Assembly (NCBI GenBank): GCA_041946805.1 | Contig: JBHGBC010000012.1 | Location: forward strand, 1 to 64,000 | Length of the DNA stretch: 64,000 bases | Direction: 5' to 3' | Source: a bacterium | Lineage (GTDB): Bacteria; Hinthialibacterota; Hinthialibacteria; Hinthialibacterales; Hinthialibacteraceae | Part shown: one piece after another, positions 50,534 to 58,857 of the stretch | Layout: every line of letters starts with the position of its first letter | Position numbering within the stretch: position 1 is the stretch's first letter | Program-made: the position numbers and the translations under genes | The notes under the pieces: generated by a model | The model's input: the letters and a program-made list of their open reading frames with translations, nothing else | What the model was told of the DNA's origin: nothing | The model's database searches: none

Positions 50534-51646
50534 ATGAATCCGAATCGAATCATGAGGCGATTCCGGCATACCCGGTCCTGGAGCACGATCCTCTTTGTCC
50601 TGGCGGCCGCCGGCGTTGGGCTGCTGCGCGCCGCGTATTGCTTTTCCGTCCCGCTCTACACCACCGATCTGCTCCGGCATCTCGGTTATGGGAAAGCCTT
50701 CCATCAGTGGGGATTCGGCGTGTATGACCTGACGCCGCCCGATTTATCGCCCTGGCCCTGCCAATTCCTATGGTCCCACCACCACTACACTTACCCGGCG
50801 GTGACTTTGTTGTTTGATGCCGGAGTGACGATGATCAGCACCTCCACGGCCTTCGCCAAATGCGTCCTGACGCTGCTGGACGCCCTGGGGGCCTGGCTGG
50901 TGTTCCGCGCGGCCCGGGACCGCTGGACCGCCCTTCTGTATTGGATCAATCCTCTCAGCATTTGGTACGTCTCGCGCGAAGGACAGTACGAGGCCCTGGC
51001 GGGATTCTGCATGGTCCTGGCCCTTCATGAATCGCGGCGCGAAAAGCCTTGGGCGCCCGGGCTGCTCTCCCTGGCGGTGCAGACCAAACTCTTTCCGGTT
51101 TTTCTGTTGCCCTATTTTCTCACCCGCCTTTCGTGGAGGAATCCGAAACGGTTGGGGCTCGAGTGCGCGTGGGGCGCCGCCGGATGGCTGCCCAGCCTGG
51201 CCGCCGTCCTGTTCAGCGGTTATTTGATCCACCTGTTCGAGCCGGGTTACATCCCTCAAGTGAATCCGATCAGTTGGCGGCTTGGCGATCCGGCCCAATT
51301 CAACACCTACCCCTATTGGCTGCCCGTGGCGCATTTCGGCGCCAGCCTCGTCTTTCTGGCGTTATGTCTGCTCGGGATGGAAAAACAACAGCGGGTGGTG
51401 GAATTTCTGGTCCCGGCCGCGTTTCTGGTTTTCGTGAAATTGAATGTGATCGGCCAATTTTGGTATGTGACCCTGCTGCCGGCGTTTTGTCTGCCGGTCA
51501 AAGACACAAAATGGAGGCGATGGCTTTTCACCGCGTGCCTGCTGTTCGGGGGGCGCGAGCTGTACTCCATTTTCATCGGCCCGATCGGGTATCAAAATCC
51601 GCCGGATGTCATGAGTCTGCTGGAGATAGCCATGGGCGGTTTTTAG
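50534..51646 (+). CDS. Polytopic membrane protein, GT-C (GT87-like) glycosyltransferase candidate
   Basis: TDLLRH loop, TYP, YWINPL, GQYE and TKLFP motifs with many TMs. Confidence 0.65.
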   Translation: MNPNRIMRRFRHTRSWSTILFVLAAAGVGLLRAAYCFSVPLYTTDLLRHLGYGKAFHQWGFGVYDLTPPDLSPWPCQFLWSHHHYTYPAVTLLFDAGVTMISTSTAFAKCVLTLLDALGAWLVFRAARDRWTALLYWINPLSIWYVSREGQYEALAGFCMVLALHESRREKPWAPGLLSLAVQTKLFPVFLLPYFLTRLSWRNPKRLGLECAWGAAGWLPSLAAVLFSGYLIHLFEPGYIPQVNPISWRLGDPAQFNTYPYWLPVAHFGASLVFLALCLLGMEKQQRVVEFLVPAAFLVFVKLNVIGQFWYVTLLPAFCLPVKDTKWRRWLFTACLLFGGRELYSIFIGPIGYQNPPDVMSLLEIAMGGF

Positions 51647-51744
51647 AATACCTGGGTATGCAAAGCCATCATTCTCTCAAATAACCGAAAACCTACCCCC
51701 CGGCTGATCTTTACCCCGAATTACTTTCATGCCATGAATTTTCA

Positions 51745-51956
51745 TCCCCGCGGGGGATGAATGTGAATAGCCGTAGGCGATAGCCTACGGTTGCGTAATG
51801 AATCAATATCAACCCCGAAGGGGTTGAATATCACATTCGATCCCTCCGGGATCGATCTTTTCTTGACATTACCGGGGGTTGTCACCCCCGGCTATTCACA
51901 TGCGCCCCTGCGGGTCCTCGATGCTCCTCCTGGATCCCCGCTTGCGCGGGGATGAC
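51745..51956. repeat. Multi-hairpin REPIN-like element
   Basis: ATCCCCGCGGGGGAT, CCGTAGGC-GATA-GCCTACGG, AACCCCGAAGGGGTT, GATCCCTCCGGGATC, CCGGGGG-TTGTCA-CCCCCGG and ATCCCCGC-TTGC-GCGGGGAT. Confidence 0.8.
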
Positions 51957-52096
51957 CTCCTTCAACGACTAGCGGGTAAAGATCAGCCTCAAGGTAGAGG
52001 GAATATAAAATGAATATAGTGTATCGGCTTTCCCTATTCCTTATTTGAAAGCGAATCATTGCCGGACCAACCAAACGGCAGGGACCTTGCGCAGGA

Positions 52097-52753
52097 TCAG
52101 ACGGGAGAGCCGTTCCGCGGCGGGAACAGCGGATCCCCCCGCAGTTCCTCGAAATGGTTAATGATCCGGTCCGCGGGAGTCAGTTGATCGCGGGGGAAGC
52201 TGGTGGTGATGGCGAGGGTGTACATGCCCGCGGCCTTCGCGGCCAGCACGCCGTTGATGGAATCCTCGACCGCCGCGCAGTCCGCCGGATTCAGCCGCAA
52301 GAGCGCCGCCGCCTTGAGGAAAATTTCCGGATGGGGCTTGCTGTGGGTGATCTCGTTGGCGCTGACCGTTTGTTCGAAGGTTTCATCCAGGCTGAATTTC
52401 ATCAGGACGAACTCCAACAATCTCCGTTGCGAACTGGTGGCCACCGCCAGGCGCAGCCCCTTGGCCCGCAAGTCCCGCAGCCACGGCAGCACGCCGGGAA
52501 CCAGCCGGACATTCTCCATCCGATCGAACAACACCCGGTCTTTTTCGGCGAAAAACGCGTCCCAATCCAGATGATGGCCGAACCGTTCCGACAATCCCCG
52601 CCGGAACAGTTCCCGGCTGGCCCCCGCAAAAGGCTTCAAATCGGCCGGGGTCACCTGCACACCGATCCGGGCCAGCGATTGTATCTCCGCCTGCTGGTGA
52701 AACTTCTCGCTGTCGATCAAGACGCCATCCATGTCGAAAATAACGGCTTTCAT
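52097..52753 (-). CDS. HAD family phosphatase (beta-PGM/CbbY-like)
   Basis: VIFDMDGVLIDSE, ATSS, KPHPEIF and VEDS motifs. Confidence 0.92.
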   Translation of the reverse strand: MKAVIFDMDGVLIDSEKFHQQAEIQSLARIGVQVTPADLKPFAGASRELFRRGLSERFGHHLDWDAFFAEKDRVLFDRMENVRLVPGVLPWLRDLRAKGLRLAVATSSQRRLLEFVLMKFSLDETFEQTVSANEITHSKPHPEIFLKAAALLRLNPADCAAVEDSINGVLAAKAAGMYTLAITTSFPRDQLTPADRIINHFEELRGDPLFPPRNGSPV

Positions 52754-52959
52754 CTTTACCCCTTTACGATTGTTGGAAAAACACAAGGCGGGGCATGCGG
52801 AAGAATGGATAGAAACAAGAAAATTCCTCATCCGTTCCCGCCGCCTTGAATGAGGGATCATACCTTCTCCATCCGGGAGAAGCAATTCGCACGGGGGAAC
52901 CTGGATTGTGTTTAGTTTTCGTGAAGAACGATTGACCGTGTTGCCTCACGGTCTTTCAA

Positions 52960-53060
52960 GCGCCAATGGCGCGCAAGAAGCAAGCCCAGGGCAACGCCCT
53001 GGGGAAATGACGGTAAAAATATTCATTCCCTCTCCCTCTGGGAGAGGGCGAGGGTGAGGG
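52960..53060. repeat. REP cluster
   Basis: GCGCCAATGGCGC and CCCAGGGC-AAC-GCCCTGGG, plus family A reverse at 53027-53060. Confidence 0.75.
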
Positions 53061-53245
53061 AAGCCCTGAAGGGACGGAATACAGGCCCGGTGCGTAACCG
53101 GATTCGAAGTCCCATCTAGTTGTTTTATATCAGAATAGAAAAAACACAACAGAACCTGGACGTTCCAAAGGGAATTCGATCCGTTCCCCTTGGCGAGGAT
53201 GGCTTCACCCCGGACTTCTCTTCGTAGAGCGAAATGGCGCAACGG

Positions 53246-54091
53246 TCAATCGCCTTCTGGGCCGCCGCTGAGTTCCTTGAATTGGAAGGCCAGGGTGGTC
53301 AGCGCGATGCAGCCGGCCATGATCAGCAGCAGCATGAACACCGACTCGGCGAACGAGGAGGGCGTGTTCTGGCTGAGCAACGTGTCGATCATGCCTTGCA
53401 CGCCGGTGCTTTCCCGCTGATGAGGAAAGATGGATTGCAGGTAATGCTTGATGGTGAATTTGTGGGCCGAGCCCGGGATGTACGCCGCCCAGGCGTCCCA
53501 GACAAACAGCAAGAAGATCCCCACCAGGATGGAGCGTTTGAAATAGGTCCCCACCAGCATCATCACTGCCCCGTAGGCCGCCAGTCCCAGGCACAGGATC
53601 CAGGTGTCCTTGATCAGGATCTTCAGGTCGCCCCAGAACATGTCTGAGCCGGGTATGCTGCTCAACACCGCGTACGAGCCCCACAGGGAAAGGATCAACA
53701 ACAACGAAACCGTGGCCACGTAGGCCAGGAACTTGCCGGTGATGATGATCGACCGCGGCACGGGGCGGAGCCGCAAAAACATCAAGGTGCCCTCTTCGAT
53801 CTCCTCGTAGAACGTCGTCATGCCCTTGAGCAGGGCGATCAGGGGAACCACGAACTGCAAATACAACGATACGCATAGCATCGAATAGATATTGTAGGCA
53901 TCCTGTTCCTGGGGATCGCTGCTGGGCGGCCCCCAGATGGCGTACACCAGCCGGAAAACCAACACCAGCAGCCAGGGGAAGGAAACGATCACCGCCGGGA
54001 AGATCACCTTGCGGCTCAACAGCGACATGCGGGTGTTGACGGTCACCAGGGCGGTCAGGGGATAAAGAACGCGGGCTTGCAGGTCCATCAT
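53246..54091 (-). CDS. ABC-2 type transporter permease
   Basis: EEIEEGTLMFLRLRPVPR..IITGK motif, about 6 TMs. Confidence 0.88.
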   Translation of the reverse strand: MMDLQARVLYPLTALVTVNTRMSLLSRKVIFPAVIVSFPWLLVLVFRLVYAIWGPPSSDPQEQDAYNIYSMLCVSLYLQFVVPLIALLKGMTTFYEEIEEGTLMFLRLRPVPRSIIITGKFLAYVATVSLLLILSLWGSYAVLSSIPGSDMFWGDLKILIKDTWILCLGLAAYGAVMMLVGTYFKRSILVGIFLLFVWDAWAAYIPGSAHKFTIKHYLQSIFPHQRESTGVQGMIDTLLSQNTPSSFAESVFMLLLIMAGCIALTTLAFQFKELSGGPEGD

Positions 54092-55011
54092 GGTTTCACC
54101 AGGTATTCGAACACGGACTCCAGATTGTCATCCAATGTGGCGATTTGCGCGATGGGGATGTTTTTTTCCAGCACCAGGGCGGGCAGGCGCTGGTAGAACG
54201 CGTCCGGCGAGAGGGTCTGCACGGTCAGCTCTTCCGGATCCTCCTCGAAGCTGATGGTTTGCACCTCGGGAAACGAGACCAGAATGTTCGAGAGTTCGCG
54301 CCGTTTGGAGGTTTGAATCCGCACATGGCGCGGCTGCTCCTCGATCAATTCGCGGATCTCGTGCACATCGCCCTCGGCCAGGAGCTGCCCGTGGTTCAGC
54401 ACCAGGATCCGGTTTGTCATCTCTTCCACTTCATGCAGAATATGGCTCGAGACCAGCACGGTTTTGCCCCGGCGGCCGAACTCGCGGATCATGTCCACGC
54501 ATTGCATCCGCCCGATGGGATCCATCCCCTGCAGGGGCTCGTCCAGAAACAGAACCGGGGGATCGTGCAGAATGGCCTGGGCGAACTTCAACCGTTGCCG
54601 CATGCCCTTGCTGTACGCCCCGATGCGTTTGTGCACGGCGTCTTCCAGGCCTATCCGGCGCATCCCTTCGAGGGCCGTTTCCCGCGCCTGTTTTTTCGGC
54701 ATGCCATGGAGGCGGGCCATGTAGGTCAGAAACTCGTGCCCGGCGAGGCGTTCGTAGAATTTCTCCATGTCCGGGCAAAATCCCACGATTTCATAAAGCG
54801 CGATGCGGTTCCACACCGGGATTCCCCCGATGGCGGCATGGCCCGTGTCCGCCTTGATCTGCCCGGTCAGAAGTTTCATCAGCGTGCTTTTGCCCGCCCC
54901 GTTGGGGCCCAGCAGGCCGGTCACGCCGGGTTCGATCCGCGCGGTGACGTCGCTCACTCCCAGCACCATGTCATACCATTTGGATAAATTATGGATTTCG
55001 ATCAAGGCCAT
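54088..55011 (-). CDS. ABC transporter ATP-binding protein
   Basis: GPNGAGKST, YSKGMRQR, LDEP and SSH motifs. Confidence 0.95.
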   Translation of the reverse strand: MALIEIHNLSKWYDMVLGVSDVTARIEPGVTGLLGPNGAGKSTLMKLLTGQIKADTGHAAIGGIPVWNRIALYEIVGFCPDMEKFYERLAGHEFLTYMARLHGMPKKQARETALEGMRRIGLEDAVHKRIGAYSKGMRQRLKFAQAILHDPPVLFLDEPLQGMDPIGRMQCVDMIREFGRRGKTVLVSSHILHEVEEMTNRILVLNHGQLLAEGDVHEIRELIEEQPRHVRIQTSKRRELSNILVSFPEVQTISFEEDPEELTVQTLSPDAFYQRLPALVLEKNIPIAQIATLDDNLESVFEYLVKP

Positions 55012-55015
55012 GGTT

Positions 55016-55915
55016 TTATTTCACCACCTCCACCGCCTGGATCTGGCGGCGCAACACCAGACCGCAGAGGATCATCACCCCCACGATCAGCGCCGCGTAC
55101 CAAAACCAATGTATCTTATAGGGCAGTTCCATGTCGAAAAGGGCGTTTCCCAGCTGCAACCAGATGTTTTGAATACAGAACAGCGACCAGAAATCCCGCG
55201 GAATATATCGGGTGATGACCGGATCATCCATGGTCTCCCGCAAGATGTTGCTCAAGGCCATGGGGATCAGGTAGAACACGCAGAACATGACCACGGAGTT
55301 CACCTTGCTTTTGGAGAGGGAGGACACCGCCAGGATCAGCATGGCCATCGGCACGACCAGGACATGCGCGTAGACCACGATCCGCAGAAAGAGCAGCCGT
55401 TGATCCCACAAATAGCCCCAATCCTCGTGGAAAAAGGCGTACAGGAACATCAGAAACAAGGCCGGGAAGAGGGTCACCGAGTACAAATAAGTCAACGCCA
55501 CCGATCCCTTGCCGAACAGGTAATCCAGCCGGGTGATGGGCTTGGACAGATAGAGGGTGAGCGCCTTGGTGCGCCGGTCGGAGGAGATCAGGTCGGCCCC
55601 GGCAATCAAGGTGATCAAGAAGCACGCGAACATCTCCGATTGCAGAAAGGTGAGGTAGAACTCATCATCGATGGTCAGGATCTCTTGCATTTGATGGGTT
55701 GGGAATCCGAACCACTGCAGGAGTTCCAGGTTCACGGACAGGTAGATCTGCAGCGCCTTGACGACAAACGGAATCAGGCCTAAAAACAGCACCGCTTTGA
55801 ACCATTTCGTCCGCCAGACGCGGCGGATGCCCCGGCTCGCGATGATCGTCCAGATCAGCGTCCGCGGCCGGTAGACGCCTTCGTAATGCCGGTAGGTTTG
55901 CTCATAGACAGGCAC
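55016..55915 (-). CDS. ABC-2 type transporter permease
   Basis: ISSDRRTKALTLYLSKPITRLDYLFGK motif with TMs. Confidence 0.88.
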   Translation of the reverse strand: MPVYEQTYRHYEGVYRPRTLIWTIIASRGIRRVWRTKWFKAVLFLGLIPFVVKALQIYLSVNLELLQWFGFPTHQMQEILTIDDEFYLTFLQSEMFACFLITLIAGADLISSDRRTKALTLYLSKPITRLDYLFGKGSVALTYLYSVTLFPALFLMFLYAFFHEDWGYLWDQRLLFLRIVVYAHVLVVPMAMLILAVSSLSKSKVNSVVMFCVFYLIPMALSNILRETMDDPVITRYIPRDFWSLFCIQNIWLQLGNALFDMELPYKIHWFWYAALIVGVMILCGLVLRRQIQAVEVVK

Positions 55916-55930
55916 GGCGGTTTCTCTCCT

Positions 55931-56890
55931 TTAAGCCTCGGGTCCAGCATGATTTTCGTGTTCGCCGTTGGTCGATTGAATGGCCGCGGCGAAGACTTCC
56001 TTCAGCGTCATCTCTTCCCGGGTGATATGCCGGATCTGCGTCCCGCTGTCGCGCGCGGCCTCGAAGATGGCGTCGGTCTCCAGGTTCTTGGTCAGGAGGA
56101 TCCGTAAAAATCCATCCCGCTTGGGGCTGTTGGCGATCCCCCGCTCTCCCAGGACCTTCACAAACGGCTCCATCTCTCCCTTCAGGCGGACGATATAGGA
56201 CTTCTGCGCCAGTTGCTTGAGGTCCTGGATGCGTCCCGAGGTGGCCAGTTTCCCTTGGAACAGCACCATGACGTGGTCGCAGACCATTTCCACGTCGGGC
56301 AGCAGGTGGCTCGACAGGATGACCGAAATCCCCTTGTTGTGGGCCACGTCGTGAATGAGTTCGAGCATGGACTTGCGCCCCAGGGGATCCAGACCGTTGG
56401 TGGGTTCGTCCAGAAACAGCAGGTCAGGATCGTGCACCAGGGCCTGAGCCAGCTTGATCCGCTGCCGCATGCCGGTGGAATAAGTATCCACCTTGCGGTA
56501 ACGCGCCTCGCCCAGGCCGCAATAATGCAGGACCTGGTGCGCCCGGAGCATCGCCTCCTTGGCGGGCAGGCCGCAGAGCAGCCCACAATAGGAGACGAAC
56601 TCCACCGCCGACATGCCGGGGAGGTACGTGTCTTCCTCGGGCATATAGCCGATCCGCTGCCTCACCTCGGCCCCCTGCCGGGCGCAATCACGCCCAAAAA
56701 CCAGGGCCGTGCCCCGGACGGGGGGGATAAAGCCCATGACGGTCTTCAACAACGTGCTTTTCCCGGCGCCGTTCGGCCCCAACAGGCCGATGGCTCCCGG
56801 CGGCATCTCCACGGTGACATCCTGGAGAATGGTTTTCGAGGCCAGCATCACCGTGAGATTGGTGATCTCTAACGCGGACGTGGATTCCAT
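55931..56890 (-). CDS. ABC transporter ATP-binding protein
   Basis: GPNGAGKST, YSTGMRQR and LDEPTNGLDP motifs. Start taken at MESTS. Confidence 0.93.
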   Translation of the reverse strand: MESTSALEITNLTVMLASKTILQDVTVEMPPGAIGLLGPNGAGKSTLLKTVMGFIPPVRGTALVFGRDCARQGAEVRQRIGYMPEEDTYLPGMSAVEFVSYCGLLCGLPAKEAMLRAHQVLHYCGLGEARYRKVDTYSTGMRQRIKLAQALVHDPDLLFLDEPTNGLDPLGRKSMLELIHDVAHNKGISVILSSHLLPDVEMVCDHVMVLFQGKLATSGRIQDLKQLAQKSYIVRLKGEMEPFVKVLGERGIANSPKRDGFLRILLTKNLETDAIFEAARDSGTQIRHITREEMTLKEVFAAAIQSTNGEHENHAGPEA

Positions 56891-56993
56891 GGTTCTTTCC
56901 GAAATGAAGTTCCGTGGTATGGGTTCATCCGGTTCTTTAGCACCGGATGAGCCCCGTAGCTTGGCGCTCCCTTTCTTGAAAGGGCCTTCTTTC

Positions 56994-57016
56994 TCCCTCT
57001 CCCCTTGGGAGAGGGA
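56994..57016. repeat. REP-like family A hairpin core
   Basis: TCCCTCTCCC-CTT-GGGAGAGGGA at 56994-57016. Confidence 0.7.
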
Positions 57017-57244
57017 ATTGGTCATTTGTGCTTTTCCAATTCCCCCCGGCATTGCCGTACGCTCTATTTGAAGGCGCCAGGGGCTGAGCAAACCGCAAAA
57101 TAGCCGGGTTCCCTTGAAATACTTCCGGTTGCTCTTTCTTATAAGATTAATACGAGTGATGAATACCACTCTTTCAACGGAGCCGGGAAAAAATGGTCAT
57201 CAAAATTGTATTAAAAAAAATCCGCCCCGGCTACGTATAATCTC

Positions 57245-57961
57245 ATGCGCGAGAAAAAAACAACCGCACGCGAACAGCTGGAAAGGACAAATCCGGAACC
57301 GTCTCCCATGAACGCAATGCCGGCGGCCGTGTCCTATACGATTGATCCCGCTCCCGTGGAGGTGGAATCCTCTCCGGACACGTTATCCCTGCGCCTTTGG
57401 CAACAGGGGGATGTGCGGGGGTACAATGAACTGGTGAAACGATACGAAAGGCCGCTGTTCGCCTTTATCTTGCGGATAGTGCGGGACACCTTTGAAGCGC
57501 AAGATCTTCTGCAAGAATCGTTCATCCGGTTGTACCGGAGCCAGGACCGGCTGCGGGAGGACAAGAACCTCAAATCGTGGCTGTTTATGACCGCCCATAA
57601 TATCTGTATCGATTATTTGCGGAAAAACAAGCCGGGGCGCGTCACCACCATGGACCACCAGGATCCCGTGTTTCAGGTCCTCCAGGATGCGGGCGGGACC
57701 GAAGGACCGGAACCGCCCGATGAACGGTTGCGGAAAAAAAGGCTGTACCAGATGATTCTGGAGGCTATCGAAAAACTGCCCAACCAGCAACGCCTGGCGA
57801 TGACCTTACGCAGTCTGCAGGGCCTGTCGATGAAAGAAATCGCGGAAGTGATGAATTGTTCGGAGAAAACCATCGGGACGACGCTGTTCGCGGCCCGGAA
57901 AAAATTACTCGCTTCCCTGCGGCCGGTGTTAGGGGAAGTGTATGGTGAAAATTGTTTTTAA
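57245..57961 (+). CDS. ECF RNA polymerase sigma factor
   Basis: ELVKRY, AQDLLQESF, SWL...NICIDYLR and LS..EIAEVM motifs. Confidence 0.92.
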   Translation: MREKKTTAREQLERTNPEPSPMNAMPAAVSYTIDPAPVEVESSPDTLSLRLWQQGDVRGYNELVKRYERPLFAFILRIVRDTFEAQDLLQESFIRLYRSQDRLREDKNLKSWLFMTAHNICIDYLRKNKPGRVTTMDHQDPVFQVLQDAGGTEGPEPPDERLRKKRLYQMILEAIEKLPNQQRLAMTLRSLQGLSMKEIAEVMNCSEKTIGTTLFAARKKLLASLRPVLGEVYGENCF

Positions 57962-57982
57962 TGGATCGACCCGGAGACGGCC

Positions 57983-58774
57983 ATGATGGAAAAACGCAAA
58001 CCCACTCTCGAGCAACTCTCCTTATACTACGACGGGTTGTTGGATGAAGACTTAGCCCGCGCGGTCGCCGCGTATCTCGCGGAAAATGAGCCCTGCCGCT
58101 GCGTCCTGTCGGCCTTCGGCGATTTCGACGCCGCCTTGCAGCCGGATCTTCCCGAAGATCAGATCGACACGCTGCTGCATGACAACCTGAAAACCATCCA
58201 CGAACGGCTCGCGCTTCAGGAACACCGGTCACGGCGCCAGAACGATTCCATCTGGGGCTGGATCTTGAATCCCCGGAACCTGCTGGCCGGCCTGGCGGGC
58301 ATTCTGCTGCTATTCGGCGTGTACACGGTGTACGAACACACCGCCGGCGTGGCGCCCCAGATCGCGGTCCAAACACCATCCGGGGCGAGTTCCGGGAACT
58401 CCCTTCCGGACACCGAGCCGCCGGTGGAGTATGAATCCTTCAGCGAGATGAAGGCGGCCGCACTCAGCGAAGCCCAGAAAGGGGCCATCCTCACCTTCGC
58501 CGGCCTGGCCAAATCGGCCTTGTCCACCGGCTTCGAATACGCCAAGGAAACCGCTTCGCCCCTGGGGAAAACCCTGGAATCGCTGCCCGGCAACAGCGAA
58601 TTGGGACTGGCGGTCAACGCCATTCGTTCATCGGTCCCCCAACCGGACGAATCCGCCGCGGATGCTCAAGCCGCCGCTCCCAACACCGCCACGGCCGCGC
58701 TCGCCCGGACGGGCACGCAACAACTGGCCCTGGGCTTGGGCACGACGATCTTGTCGCTGATCACGGTCTTTTAA
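57983..58774 (+). CDS. Putative membrane anti-sigma factor
   Basis: LSLYYDGLL...YLAENEPCRC (degenerate zf-HC2) followed by a TM helix. Lies directly after the ECF sigma. Confidence 0.65.
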   Translation: MMEKRKPTLEQLSLYYDGLLDEDLARAVAAYLAENEPCRCVLSAFGDFDAALQPDLPEDQIDTLLHDNLKTIHERLALQEHRSRRQNDSIWGWILNPRNLLAGLAGILLLFGVYTVYEHTAGVAPQIAVQTPSGASSGNSLPDTEPPVEYESFSEMKAAALSEAQKGAILTFAGLAKSALSTGFEYAKETASPLGKTLESLPGNSELGLAVNAIRSSVPQPDESAADAQAAAPNTATAALARTGTQQLALGLGTTILSLITVF

Positions 58775-58857
58775 GCATCACGCGGCAACCGTAACATCCT
58801 TGACCATGCCACGCGGAAGCATGGATCTACCGGAACACCCATCCCGGCCACAGGAGT

